DNA from: Balanoglossus misakiensis
Taxonomy: Eukaryota; Animalia; Hemichordata
Direction: 5' to 3'
DNA: 64,000 bases
Assembly: GCA_040954595.2 (NCBI GenBank)
Contig: CM082594.2
Coordinates: forward strand, 5,503,319 to 5,567,318
Below the pieces are notes generated by a model. The model made no database searches and was not told where the DNA came from. It was given only the letters and a program-made list of their open reading frames with translations. The number at the start of each line of letters is the position of its first letter. Position 1 is the first letter of the stretch. Below are positions 25,801-39,850 of this stretch, one piece after another. A program made the translations under genes and the position numbers.

Positions 25801-28800
25801 CAGGTACATTCGTTCAGATGCGGGAGAGTTCGATAAATTCTCCGTCCATTCGCGTCCAGCCGCGGCCAATTTCACGTGAAATTAAGACGCGTAACTGTGT
25901 ACTAATATATTTTGTTGTTTATTTTTTTGCATCAAAATCCACGCAGCTGCCTAATTTCAACGCGTGACCTTGGGGTCTGAGTCTGACACAACAACACCGT
26001 CTGTAATAGGGATGCCCGGGGATCCATTCAACATTTGCCCATCATCTCCCTGGTGATAATTTCCCGCCAAATAAACCAAACTGGAAACTATTTTAACGTG
26101 GACTTAATTTTTAACAGACTGCTTTTATTATTTTAAAAAGAAAATATAACTAATAGGCCATCCTGAAAATAAAATGACAGCAAGGAAAACGTTCAAGTGT
26201 GATAGAAAACATTACATGTATATTTGGTTCATCTGACGTCAAAGTGACCAGCCCGATTGCGAGGTAGCACCGGTCCCATTTACACTTCATGAACATAATG
26301 TACCAACCATATCATACAGTCTTTTGTCGGTGCGGCGTTTCCTTTGTGTTGGGGCCTCGGAGTGACAAGAAATCTTGGAAACTGACGCGCCGGTGATGGA
26401 AATATTTCCATACCTTCATTAATAGTGTTCAGTCAGTTGTCTTAAGGGACAGCGTTTTTTTTATACCTCATCAAATATTGCACTCGGCGCGGTGATAAGT
26501 TTCGCTGCGCGGAGTTAGTGAAATCTGACGTGTATGTGAAAGTGATTCGACGCGATGGAAGGTTCCCATTTTCTCTCAGCCCCAGCCAGCCAACCGTCAT
26601 CAGGCAGCGGCAAGCAATTAGATCGGAAATTTTGAAACGCTACCCTTCTGAGTTGAATTCGAGCTGACAAAAGAAGCCGCCACTCGCGGCTTAATCGCCA
26701 AGGTACATTACATGCAATTGGGTCCGCTGTCACAATCGGTTTGGGCCAATTACAGTCCACCAATTCTACCTATCAAGTCTGCAGAAACACACTTTCATCG
26801 TGCCGGACTTTCGAGGCCATCTAAAAGCAATATTTTTTGCAAAAAAATAACCCATCTATACACCGTCAGTTAAGAAACCACCCGCCTTCTATAATACACT
26901 CCAAATATCTTTCTTTTACTTGTTTGTTTTTATGATATCCATATTTGTTTTAACTGGTCCGCTTTAGTTTAATTATCTACGCCGCTTATCTTAAAAGGAA
27001 AATTGTTGGATTTTATTGGAATCATGTTTCATGCCAGAAATTTAATTTTTCGGTAATAGAAAAGACAATAATCGAGAATATGATTCGGTTATTTTCTTCA
27101 AACTGCATTTTGAATCTATATGATTCGTTAAATTGATATTTAAAAATATAGGACAGAGGAAACGATTGGCGCAGTTTGACTAGACGGTATTGTCAACATA
27201 TGCTTAGGCCTAAGTATAATTTAAAACAAGCGGAGTATTTACTTTCTTTTTTTTAAAAAATCGAATGTGAAAAAAATGAATATCAATGATGATAGGGATA
27301 CTACATGAAAAATGGAAAGATGAAATTAATTAGTCAAATGATTAAATATCATTGGATTTCACAATTACAATTCACAATCTAGTGCTGCGAGAATATGATG
27401 CCGAAGTGGCTGTTCTACAGGCAGTGTGACATGTTTTGATAAACAGACCCGATTTTTCGGTCGAAGCAAGATTTCCATAGAGGCCTGCCCCGCTTGTCAG
27501 ACCGGTGTGCCAGTTGTGCTGACTGAAAACGCCCCACACTACCTAATGCAACTTCTGAAATTGATACAGTTTTTTTATTGTTCTCGCGAGTTCTTGCTTT
27601 GAGATGAAAATGGTGGCAGAACTCGAGGGAGTTTCTAAAGGTACACACTTTTTTTGACTTCTCGAACGTCCGCTATTCAAGGAGCCCTGTTTGCTTTTGT
27701 CTGGGCGCTGAATGGGCGAGAGTGTAAACCGGTCCCTGGTGGTGGAAAAACGCTGAACATGGCCAGCGTTCACACAAGCTTATTTTGATCAAGGTTTTGA
27801 TGTTGTCTGTCACACAATGGGCGAGTTCTTTGAAATAGAAGTACTCTGAGAGGCAAGTGAGAACATTAAAGCCCCATGGGTAAAGAACGCGACGCGAATT
27901 TCGACGATTTTAAGAGGCACCTCGTAATGGCTAGGGAGGTATCATTTCGGACAGGTGTTCAAGTCGTCTGCGTTTCCAACAAAAATGTTTTTCTGCACTG
28001 GTTTCGCTGTTACTCAAAACAATTTTGATGACCGGTTATTTTTTATAACCCAGCCTGTCAAATTTATCGAAAATCGCGTTCAAAAGCGCTAAAAACTACT
28101 GCGCGGCAGAAATATTTGGATCACACTCTCGTCATGCGTGCGCAAGTCTGAAAGTGAGAACGCCTCATAGATCAGAGAGACGGATCATCAAAATGTGTAT
28201 ACAGTTAACAAGACTCCGCCCATGGTTTTAATTCTGGTTAGTTTTTCTTGTCGAAAATGATGTGTTCTGCAATAAACACTAATGAGTGGTAAAGGCGAGA
28301 TTTTTCTCTGACAACTGAGACCAGCACACAGCCGTCCCTTGACAAGTTTATGGTCTGTTACGACCAGTACAACGAGGTGGATTTATACACAGTGCCATTC
28401 AATGATATTTTACGAGTACTCTAATAGGTGTGGTGATCAGTAAAACGAAAAGATTCGAATGACCAGGTCTTTCTAATTTTTATCCCCGGTATTACATCCA
28501 TAGTATTCCAAAGATGACACTTGTTTAGTCGAATGATTCATGTCCATTAAAGGGACAAAGTCTCTCTCTCTCAATTGTACGTGTATATCGGTTTTAGAGT
28601 TCAACGTGTTCGAGCATTCGGGTTTCCGGGCAACGGGTTTCAATTTTTAAATGATTACGATCGTTACTTTTTGGGGGATCGTTTGCCTATTCTCGTTGAA
28701 ATTATGGTTTCGCAAATTTTAATTTTGTGGCTTTTTTGAGTTTTGGAAAGAGCGAATATTCGTTTTCAAATTCGCAAAGATCTCCGGCGAACTACTAGTA

Positions 28801-31800
28801 TTGACATCTTTCGTTTAAATATGACATGCCAGTATACAGTATCATATTACTTGTAGACCATTGTTTCAAAACAACAATCGGGGGAATAATTCTATTATCC
28901 CCAGTACCCAGTAACATTAGAATCATGAGAATCCGAATCTGAATCAGATGCCCAAACAGACGAGAAGGCGATTAATTGTTTTAAAATGTCCATTTTAAAG
29001 AAAACTACTATATTCAAAATTTGCATTACAATTTCAAAATCTGATGACGGCAAATGTGCGTGTACTAGCGCTGAAGTGGCTTTACGACATGTGTAAACAA
29101 ATCACCCGGCGGACATTAAATTTTAAAACATCAATAAAATGAAATAAAAATTCAAAACAAACTTCCTGTCGGCGAATTCGTACAAGTCAAGCTGTACTGT
29201 CCTATATATTGAGCAGAGTCTATAGTTTTTTTTCGCGACAGGTGATAAACTAGATCTCCTAATTAAGTATTGGTGTCGGAATACTCAAGTAATTTTCGTG
29301 AGCGAGAAACTAAATTACGTTAAAACAAATATTCTCCGGGGACTGCCGATGAAGGCTATGAATTTATCGGAATACAATCAACATCCCGCAATAACTATGA
29401 CGTTGGCATCATTACCATAACAACATTGTGGTAATTATTGTGATGATAGGGGAGACATATGGCGCGGTCTATTATCCACGGAGAATATTGGTTCTGGAGT
29501 ATTGTTTACTGCAATGTAATTATCACGAAGTTGACAATAGCTCTTGAAACGACGAGACGGGTACATCATATTTGTGCCTGGCCTGTTGTAACCTGTCTGT
29601 AAACAATATGATGTATGTGAAAATATTTTCGGCATAAACCCGCCAAATATAATGGAGGGACACACGTATTCTAGTATGCAGATTTGCGTTTTATTTTACA
29701 TCCAATAAGCCAGTCATTTCGATTGATCAAATCGCATATATTTAAGAATATCTTTTTAACAATCAACACCATTAGTGTTATGATAGAAACAAACCCGTTT
29801 TCGTTTTTTTTATTGAAAAAAAAAATCATGATTAGAAATTTCAATCGGTTTATGAAGTCTCTCCCACGGTCAGACTACATTTTCACCCATCCTCTCGTTG
29901 CTTATGGTCGACGACGGATGAACTCGTGCAACTCAACTCAAATCAAATGAGCAACCGCAAAGCACGCTCCCATATAATCATTGTACTTCATTGACAATAG
30001 CTCACGTATTCGTCCGATAAATTTATATATAATTTGTCCTGTCATTATCTTCTTAAAGTACAGGTTTTACAGTAAAACTAAATTGCGTCCACTTTTTTCA
30101 AGTGTCTTGCAGTGACATCAAAGTTTTAAGCGTTTTATGAAATATTTAATTTCATGTTTATTTTCAGACAACCGTGTCTAAAAATTCCCTATGTGTGTGT
30201 TAAACAATTTCAAAACCGGACCATGCGTGTTAGTTTTAACGGTGTTACCACGCAAATTAAGCACGTTGAGCAACGAGAGGTCACAGCAAGATTCCTTTCA
30301 TGGAGTTGTCAGTTTAACCTTTGACCTCTCCCCTTCATTTCCCGCCAAAAAATGTCAACATGTATAGTTGGCATCAATTTATCTTCATCAGGCGTACTTG
30401 TAGGCAGTTTATAAAAAGTCCCGCGGGAAATATTAAAGACTTCTTTAAGCTCTGCACCAAAAGATTTTCCAGCCATGCTTCTTTCACTTTCTGAGACTCA
30501 ACAGAACAGATTTTATTGTTAGGTTTGTGAGCCAGAGAATGGGGAAAGGGGGACAGAGGACTGCTTTGGGGGAAGGGGAGGGCTTTATTTGTGACAACAC
30601 GAGGCCTGCCTTTTCATGCCATGGCGTATATATTTAAACTACCCCTGGGCAAAAGTCACCGTATAGGACTACTGGCACCAGCCGATAGACGGGGCCTTTC
30701 TGTACGGAACGTGGGGTTCATGTAATATGGCCTACTATCACACGAAAAAACACAAGCACTTCCCGCGAACAGTCTATTTAAACCATGAGAAAATATCTTA
30801 TATCTACATAATAGGTTTAATAATATATCAATCGAAATACACCGCGCCGCTTGTGATTAAGATCGGTTGAGAATTATTTTAATGAACGATTGTACTCGAT
30901 TATGATCAAATAGTTGGCTTTATTTTTTATTTCAGTGGAGTCAATATTCGTTATAATAGAGTGGCGGCTGCAAAATGACTTAGCTTTATAATGATGAGGT
31001 CAAATCAACGCAGATCAAACTAAACCAAAACAAAGCAAAACAAACGTATCAGTGGGTTGCAAACAAGTTTATTCTACGACTGTTTAATATCACACAACAA
31101 CAACGCTCATTTGGATAGATTTGAAACGGATCCCATCGACAGCTACTTAGTCAATATATTAAATTTAGTTGTCTGTCTTCAACTATGAATTTCTAGTAAT
31201 AATTTTTAAAACTTCGCAAAACATGACGTCATCGCCTGGTATATATCTTGCCTCGTATAGACTAACCTGAAGACTGGCGGCGAGATATACCAGATTCTGC
31301 ATCTTCCAACGCTATCTTGAATCTATAGTTAGAGTTTGGTCTTAAAGTAAATCCGAATTACTGAAGATTACGACTGACGTGTTATTAAAGAATGTTATTT
31401 TTTTTGTTTGCCGCCAAGATGGGGGATGATATCATTGGAACCAGTAAACCCAATAATCTCCCCGTGTTCATATATAACACTCGCTTGTTTCCATGGTAAA
31501 AGAAAGAAAGCGGAACTTTTTTTTCTCTCCCACCAGTAAATTATAGGCTTGGGCTGAAGTCTCCATAAAATAAATCTGTCGTCTTTACATCCATTTTTTT
31601 ATTTTGACACTGAAACGCCTTTTTAAAAATCTAATAGTGTTGATTTTGCTGCGAGTAAGAAACTCCAAGTGGTGAGAGCATCTCAGCTTCAAAAACTCGC
31701 CATCATTTATACGCAACACCAATTAGGTAAAGTGCACCCCGTTTCAGTCTAAAGCAAACTTGTCTGCAGTAAAAGGAAATTAGCCGGCATATGGTGTCAA

Positions 31801-34800
31801 TAATACACTTTGAACTGCGAACTATGCTGTATCTTGGCAACGGTTCCACGGTCTCCCGCCATCACCCAGGCCCGATTGTTTTAAGCATATCTAATGAAAA
31901 AGAAATGCGTTCCTGATCAAACAGTTTTCATTTTCGCGGAACCGAGGACATTTTTTCGATTTGGAGATGTTGAGGGGTTTATTGGTGGTGGGTGTTCTTG
32001 TGTTTGAAATACAGGCTATTTGTAACATGGTGCATTACCCTTGTTGTACATCTGGTGATCTACTACATCTGGGCGCTGCGTTTCCTCTTAAAACATTTCT
32101 AGTTTTCATTAATATTATTGGGGCTTTCTCGTCTGCATGGGCAAAATAAAACTAGACCGATGGACAGGTCAATGTCTAAACGAAAGACGCGAGCAGAAAC
32201 TGATACGGTGATAACAGTAATTCGAACCCCAAAAACGCGACGTATATATGCGCAGACAAGGAGAACTCATCTCTCTGTCGTGTCATGTGAGTTTAGTTTT
32301 AATGTTGGCATTTTCTAACTATGTGTCACAAATCCAGCAGGTCGTATATTTTCATTCGTTCTCTGTTTAGCCGTATGCTGGAACAACCAACAACAGCAGT
32401 CGCGAGAAGTTGTAGCCAATATGGTCATCTTTGATCAAAATCCACGAATTTGTTCGGAAAGTTCAACCGGTTTCTTGAATTATAATGACACCCAGTACGG
32501 TGACAAGGCTGGCCTTCGGAATCTCTAAAATGGTCGTTCACCGATGAAGTTAAATGCGAGTGGCTGTCCTGTAAAAAAATGTTAATAGTCACTCCAACGG
32601 GATTTGTGCAGCTTAGACCCTGCTGTATAATATGCCAGTTGCAATCTATATGTTCACATTCGGGTTTTGTTTTGTTTTAGTTGGTGAGAAAAAATACGAG
32701 GTGAACACTAAAATCGGTCACATGACGCCATTTTCTGAATGAACTTGTTTTAATAGGTGAGTGGTCTCTGCTTTGTCACTGCCAATCACCGACAAGGCAA
32801 GTCGCTCCACGGTCAGTGGTGGTTGTTCAACTTACACCGAACTGCCAAGCGCCGTATTAAAACTGTATGGGCCGTCTGAAGAGGACCGTCGATGCAATCG
32901 TGAAGGCCTGATCTAAATGAAATACTAATTTACGAGTGACATCTATCATCGGCCACAGTTAACCTTTCACCCATAGGCACTCACATGCGTGTAGGTTACC
33001 CCTGGAGCTCGAAATAATTCTGGACGAGCTTTTTTTTTAGTTTTCTCAGTTTTGAACGTAGATGAATTTTGGTGACGATTGTCGCTCGCGAAGATGGGCC
33101 CCGAACGTGAAATCAACGAGTCTGCTGGTATCAGAGACCACATCTATCCGTTTCTATTAGGGCAGAGAGAAGCATTCGTCTTTTGTACGCCGTTACTCGG
33201 TTCACTGGCTAAATAATATGGCTGACCCCGCTTCTTGCTCGTATACATTTTTGTTTGTTATCCTCAGGATTATTCGAACTCCAGTTCATCTATGAGAATT
33301 AAAAGCAGACAAATTTCCAAAACGCGTTTTCTGTTTTCAGTGATCGCCGACGCTGGTAACTGGTTGTTACCGAAATCGTCGTTTTCAAAAAACGTCGACG
33401 GCGGCCATATTGACTGAGGGTTGACACCGCGTTATTAGTGAAGGTGTTAAAATTCACGATGTAAAAATCGCCCAAATTTCCCAACATATGTGCCACGGAC
33501 TCCTCCCCCGAATAAAATATACCAAATACATTGACTCGTGTGTTCTACGCAGCTGCCTTCTGCGGGTTTGAAAAGTGCCACGCTTGGGTAGGGTGAAATA
33601 TGACTGTCTGAGATAGTGTTTGTATATCAAATGACCCTGGTAAAATCGACAGTTTAAGAGTTGTTAAAAGCAAACGAAAAAGCCACCAAGCCGTGTCCAT
33701 TTCAGTCATTAATTTGTGCCTAATTCTGGGTGTTATAAGGTCAAAGCGACGCAGACAAAGACAATCGCACATATCAAGCTCCAGTCAATATATTTGACGT
33801 ACAGCTTTGCTCGCACACATAGTGGCATTTGGGGTCAGGGAATACTGGCACGCCGGCCATCATTTGTTTTATGTGCAGACGCGGTAGACAGAGGGATCAT
33901 TTGCCCCGGTCGATTGCATGAACGATGTCGACCGTTCCTGTGGGCTGATTTATCCGAGTATTAAGAAATTGATGGCCGCCAGTGTTTTTCTGTTCGTCAG
34001 TCCGAACAAGCTTAGCAATGACGGCAGCCACAATGCTCTGATATCTTTCCCAATACGAATCGAACGGGCGAGTGGTCGATCATTATTGTCCTAATATTGT
34101 CTATGTGTCTTTGAAATGTGTCTAGAATCCAATGGAATACACTGCAGTTTGTTGTTGTCGTTCAGTGGTTGTTTTTGGCAGAATCTCAGCTGTTAAAATC
34201 CGAGAACGGGGCACCTAATCCCAGTCATGTTACCAATGGCATACGGCATTGTCTTTTTGCCATCATCGAAAATATGGGCACAGACCTGCGCGTAAACATC
34301 GAATGGATTTTCTGTTGATGACGATTAGCACTGTAAACAATTTCAAGGGTTGCGTCGAATTCACCTCATGTAAAATAACGTGAAACACGAAATCATCAAA
34401 TCCATATTTATGTCAACAATACTGTTCGAGTTTGATAAGATATCACCATCAAAATTTACATTATCAATCCCAGTGCATTGAATGTGTTTTTTTTTTTCTA
34501 CAAAATTCGTGATAATATTTTTCTTAACAAGATGGAACGTTGCTGCAAATATAATCGAAATTGTGCACTATATAGAGTGTATATTTGACCAGGTCCCTTG
34601 TATAGCGCGATCACCGAAAATACTTGTTGAGAAATGTCCAGCACCGGTACCATGAGTCGTCTGTTTTGTAGTACATGCACGGTTAAAAGGAAGGGGTCCA
34701 GAATTCAAGTTGAACAAAACAAAGCAAAAACTGCGAGCAACTGAAAACAAGAACGACAAAAAAATACCGAAAACCGTCGAAGTGCTTCTCGCCACGGGGT

Positions 34801-37170
34801 GATGATGCCGAAGGGAAGTGTAGGACAAACCGACAAACTTCGTCATCATATTTATTTTCATTAGTTTGCGGCACCCAATATGGTTTCCAAAGTCCAATTC
34901 AATCAATTACTATTTCCCAGTCTGCTATCATGATAGAAAGTGTGACTGGATCGGTTAACTAGATTGCCAAATGGGACTTTTACGTTTGTGAAATGACAAA
35001 ACTTGAAACTTTTTTCTGACATCGAATTAGAATTGTTAGTTTCATTTGTGTGGGTGACGATATACGATGGCAATATACAGTCAGGTGTACACGGGATGAT
35101 GGACCCAAACTGGTCTCGCTTTGAAAATACAAAACATGACAATAATATATACGATGTATGGAGGCCAAATTAAACGGTGAATCAGTTTACATCGGTTTAC
35201 ATTGTTTAAATAAATATCATGATGACGGTGGTTGTGAGTCAGGCCCTGAGTCAGACGGAATTATTGTGTCGACGCCAGCTCAAGTTCCATGCATACGTTC
35301 TTTGGGGGAGGCGCTATGGCTGAAAGACCGAGTTCAACCATAGACAGTCTGTGGTTCGACACGGTCACAGTCAAGCACCAACGGAATGAAAAGTTTCGAC
35401 TTATTTTTGGGAGCCTCGGGAGGATGATGATATATTGCTATTTTGAGCGCGGGGTTTGACACAGATGGTCTTGGTGTCAGCGGCCTTACTGAGTCACTTT
35501 CTCCAAGCTGACGCTGGTTCCAATCCCCAGATCAGCCTTTGCACTGAGCGAGCCGCCAGTGACTGAACCAAGGCAACGATAGTGTGTTTTTAGTTTAATT
35601 CGACAACATTCGAAAGTGGAGAGATTGCAATGCCATCTTTACCCCGTTATGTATGTGTGACCGATTTTAACGACGGGAGAAATCGTGTAAGCCAAACACA
35701 AACAAAAACGTCCGACAGTTTTGCAAGGACGCTCAGTACACTTCACGCTAATACGGCATCAACAATAAACACTGTCTGCAAAAAGCGACGTAAACAAAGT
35801 TGTGAAAACAAACAAAATGTTTCATAAAATTGCCTTTAAACCGTGAGGTAATTCACCCAGACATTTCATTTCGGTGTCGCGGAGGGGAAATACGCGCAGC
35901 CGGTGCGGTTAATCGGCGTCCACTTTCACTGCGAGGGCTTGTGTTACGTTTTACAAGGAATGCCGCGGAGGCATCTGTTTTCATCGCCGTTTATCCCTTT
36001 CGGACGCGTATGTTCCGTTCCACGCCCGTTGCATGGAAGATTGCAGAACGAAATCACGAGTTTTTTTGGGGAGAAAGTTTTCGAAGAGCAAAAAAAGTAA
36101 CCGCGCTTGGCCCTATACACAAACCCAACAGCTTCACACACGCGCAACGTCACCGCGACCAGGCACGTGATCTCAGAACTATGGACATAAAAAAACGGGG
36201 CAACTGCTTTATGTAAAACCGAAGCGATCACGGGATCAACGGGATAATCTTAATAGATATTTAAAAGAAAATATAGTCCCAGCCGACCAGGGATTACAGG
36301 TCTTCGGGGAAGGAGCCGGCAAACAGGGGAGAAAATACCGCGTATAAAAACGGCGATGCGTCGGTGTCGTGTTAAAACCGACTCCATATTTCACTGTCAA
36401 GTTGCGTGTCTGACTTCTTTATTGTTTGTGTACAGTAGAGCAAACGATGTCAAAAGTCTGACGTCTGAATGAAACGCGGTTCTGGCTTCGGCGGGGCGTT
36501 CGTTCTAAGAGAGTACTTGTACTAAACTCGGCTTTACAGAAAAGATTTCGTTCAGGCCGCGGCCGATTTGTAGAATTTTCCATCCACACAACATCCATGC
36601 CCGCATATCCGCGGCGGCGGCGGGAGTTCCTTGATGGATGGACTGCTAACGGGAATGGCTAAATTCATCATAATAAACGCCAGATCCATAATCCCCGAAC
36701 AGTGCGATTACTGTTTATTCGGTGCAGCGTCACAAGACGTCAAACCGACACGTGAAAATGTACGGGTAAACGATATTGTCTGGTCAGTGCCACCGAAGAT
36801 TATTTCCGCGGCGAATTTTTTTCCCAGTGTTTTGCTCATCAAGGGACAAGCGAGATTCGCTGTTCCGATGATAGGTTGACTGTTGTACGCTTTTATATTT
36901 TGCATGGTTTGTCGATGTTTCGTATTTCGTTGAGTTCACCTCGTTCCAAATCGATTTCTGACTCAGATTGCATTAATCGGCGGGGAAGTTGGTGTAGAAT
37001 TGACTGTAATGTCGTATTTTGCAAACCGAGACATTTCTGCATGCAACTGTGCATATCTTTAAAAACCCAGTCGATTTCGCGAGCTGGTGAGCTCCCGGCC
37101 GAAAATGGGTGTCAACATTGCCTCAAAATCGAAAAATCATACTCTGCCTTTTGATTTTTTTCTTAAATAA

Positions 37171-38084
37171 TTTATTTTATGTGTACATTGATATTAACAC
37201 AAACTGTTGAAAAAAAGGATCTCCACAAAATTATCGTTTTCAACCCCCCAAAAACAGAAACGACACTGACACGATTATCACGGTATATTGCTTGAAATGA
37301 TTCAACAAAGCATCGTCATCAAAGTTCCAAAATACTCTAGAAATACTCTTGAAAAATAGTTCGTTTCCTGGTCCGATCGAAAGTGCAACTTTTAGAAAAC
37401 TGGACCCAAAGCATCTGAAAATAGAAGCCGACATTTTTCCCCTTCTAAATAAGAGTCCAGTATGCCCTGGCATACGCTGCCAAATACACGGGACAGACAT
37501 GTTAACACCAAAACGATAATGACGGTCACTCCAGCTATGGCAAGAATACGAGGCGGACATTTTCGACCAAGAATACAGCCTCCTGTAGACGGTAGAACAA
37601 CAAAACGACGACGTTCTCTTGAACACAGTTTTTACAGAAATATAAATATATAATATATGGATAGAAGTCAACGTGTACACAAAGGAAAAAACACCAACAA
37701 GGCCACGACGCGTTTGAGATCCTCGTCCGCAAGGATATCAGTCTGTATTACATATTGCTAAGTTTAGGGTGCTCAGAAATCGGTCAGCGTCTCGAGTCGC
37801 CGTCGTCGTTTGGAGAGAAAAAAACATCCTTGTTATGTAAATCTCGGTGAAATGTTTTTCGGTGGTTTGTTGTTTCATATCGATAACATATCAGTAACAC
37901 TGACAGCGTATGACTTGTTTGCCAACGGCAGCCGATGCCATATTGTCCGGCCGAAAGTCACAGGCGGTTCGGGCGCTACGAACTCGCAATGCCAACGGTA
38001 CCCCTTCGTCCAATGACTCGCAGATTTCGTCTGCGTGATATTTAGGACAATTTTGGTCAAGTTTTAAAACGGGTTTTCTTTCTA
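37171..38084 (-). other. Probable Gbx 3' UTR with AATAAA at 37171-37176
   Basis: U-rich minus-strand sequence after the stop at 38085-38087, ending in a canonical poly(A) signal. Confidence 0.5.
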
Positions 38085-39399
38085 CTACGGTCGGGCTGTG
38101 GGCGGGTTTCCTGACATATTGTGCTGTTGGCTCCGAATGGCAAACCGGTTTACGTGGACAGGAATTGGCACGACTATCTTCGGCATATTGGTGTTGCCGC
38201 CGCTTACCCCGTTCCTCGTGTTGGTAATCCCGGCCTTCACGCGCTTCCATTTCGCCCGTCGGTTCTGGAACCAGATTTTGACCTGCACTTCGCTGAGTTT
38301 GAGCGCATTGGCGATTTGCGAGCGTTCTGTTAACGATAAATATTTCTTACTGTGAAATTCCTTCTCGAGTTCCAGCAACTGCTCGCTCGTGAAGGCAGTC
38401 CGTCGCCGGCGCGTTTTCCCCGACCCCGACGCCGCGCCGCCGTCCTCTTTTTCCTCCGTGGACTCGTCATCCAAATCGTATTCCGAGCTCTCGCTCGCTT
38501 TCGGCGGGTCTGTTATCGGGCTGGAGTTCGCCGCCTCGTCATCTACAACAAAACCAAACGGCGATAATTTTCAGCTACAAAAACTCGTCAAAATCGTCCC
38601 GTTTTCGAACTGCTCGATGGTTGTATTTTTTTCAATCGAAAAAAAGTAGCTCGGAAGCTGTTGATCTCGAACTAAACTCGCACGGATGTCTCTGCGAAGC
38701 CTAGCCTGGTTGCAAAACAACAACAGTCAGTCCTATTTCCCCCAGCTGATATTCTAATGAAGCGTTCTGGGTCATTTTCTCTGTGAAGAGACAGCGGCCA
38801 TAAAAACTAGGGGGCTGGCATATAATTTATAACCCGATACAATTTAAGCACACTATTAAGCAGAGCGAAAACTTCGCCTGTTTTACAGATCAATAACCGT
38901 ACCCACCCTTTTAATTTCGGGAGCTGAAACGCAGAACCCCCCTAGACTCACCTTCCGTCTGCGCGAGTGATGCGCGGTCGTTCTCGGGGCCCGGACTGTT
39001 TCTGGTTGGAATGTCTGTAGTTTGTTGAGCGTGGCAAATGGTTGTGGTGGAGGTGGTTGTCGTGGTGTTCACTGGTCGACTGAGCATCCCAGTCGCCTTC
39101 GCGTTCGCGGGTCCAGGGTACTCATTTGTCTGTGCCGCCACCGCCGTGTCGTGGCTTTGACAAGACACTGCGGTAATATATTGGGTGGCGGGAGCTGTCA
39201 TTTGCGCCGGGACGCTGCCAGAATTGATGTAGCTGGTCGGCAGCACGGCCACGGGCGTCTGCTGCGGAATAGGGTGTAAGACGGGAGTCAGAGACGGGTG
39301 AAACGCAGTATATCCATTGTACATGAAAGGTACCGTGCTCGGCGGCGAAGCCATGATCGACTCGATGCTGAACGCCATACTCGAACTAGGCTGCTGCAT
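38085..39399 (-). CDS. Gbx: Gbx (gastrulation brain homeobox / unplugged family) transcription factor, 2 exons, about 301 aa
   Basis: Exons 38952-39399 and 38085-38542 (phase-1 GT-AG intron). N-terminal eh1-like FSIESIM and PFMYNGY; homeodomain [59 protein letters not shown]; Gbx-diagnostic C-terminal [18 protein letters not shown]. Confidence 0.96.
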
Positions 39400-39499
39400 T
39401 TCGGCCGATTTTTTCAGCAACAAAAGTCGACTTGCCGCATGTTGGAGCTAAAATTAAGGGGTGTTACGCCAGAAACTCATCAGTCTTGCTCAAATTACA

Positions 39500-39850
39500 C
39501 CCCGACTCGCCATTCAAACTACCTCGAAAATATTACAGTTCCAACACGTGATGGCAATAAAAACAGGGCTGATTGGCTAGGCTGTACCGCACAGGGTCCC
39601 TTTATCACCGCCCGTTTCTTACGGAGCCTCTCATTGGGCGCATAGGCGGAAAAGTCGGCACGCTTTGTCGTTTGGTTCAATCGAAGACCGGGATGGTGGG
39701 CTGCAGGCGTTGACATGAAATTGACAAGGTCGGGGTGCGACCCACCGATGATTTCGGTTCTGATTGGACGACGGTGGCAGTTAAGCTACACAAGCCCCGC
39801 CACACTAATCAGCCAGTATTAATTATGATTAATCATTGAAAATTCTACAG
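39500..39850 (-). promoter_or_regulatory. Gbx proximal promoter region
   Basis: Three CCAAT boxes on the minus strand (near 39572, 39633, 39763), a GC box, a GATAAA near 39601-39606 and TAAT clusters immediately upstream of the ATG. Confidence 0.5.

Noticed and set aside
28547-29050. Possible degenerate Kolobok-like element starting TTAAAGGGACA
   Set aside because: No matching opposite terminus or second copy found in the window.
22100-37700. Numerous 60-146 aa ORFs between TRPM2 and Gbx
   Set aside because: No recognisable domains, mostly non-ATG starts, no phase-consistent exon chain; expected by chance.
38098-39645. Several plus-strand ORFs overlapping Gbx
   Set aside because: Antisense shadows of a GC-rich coding sequence with no recognisable motifs.
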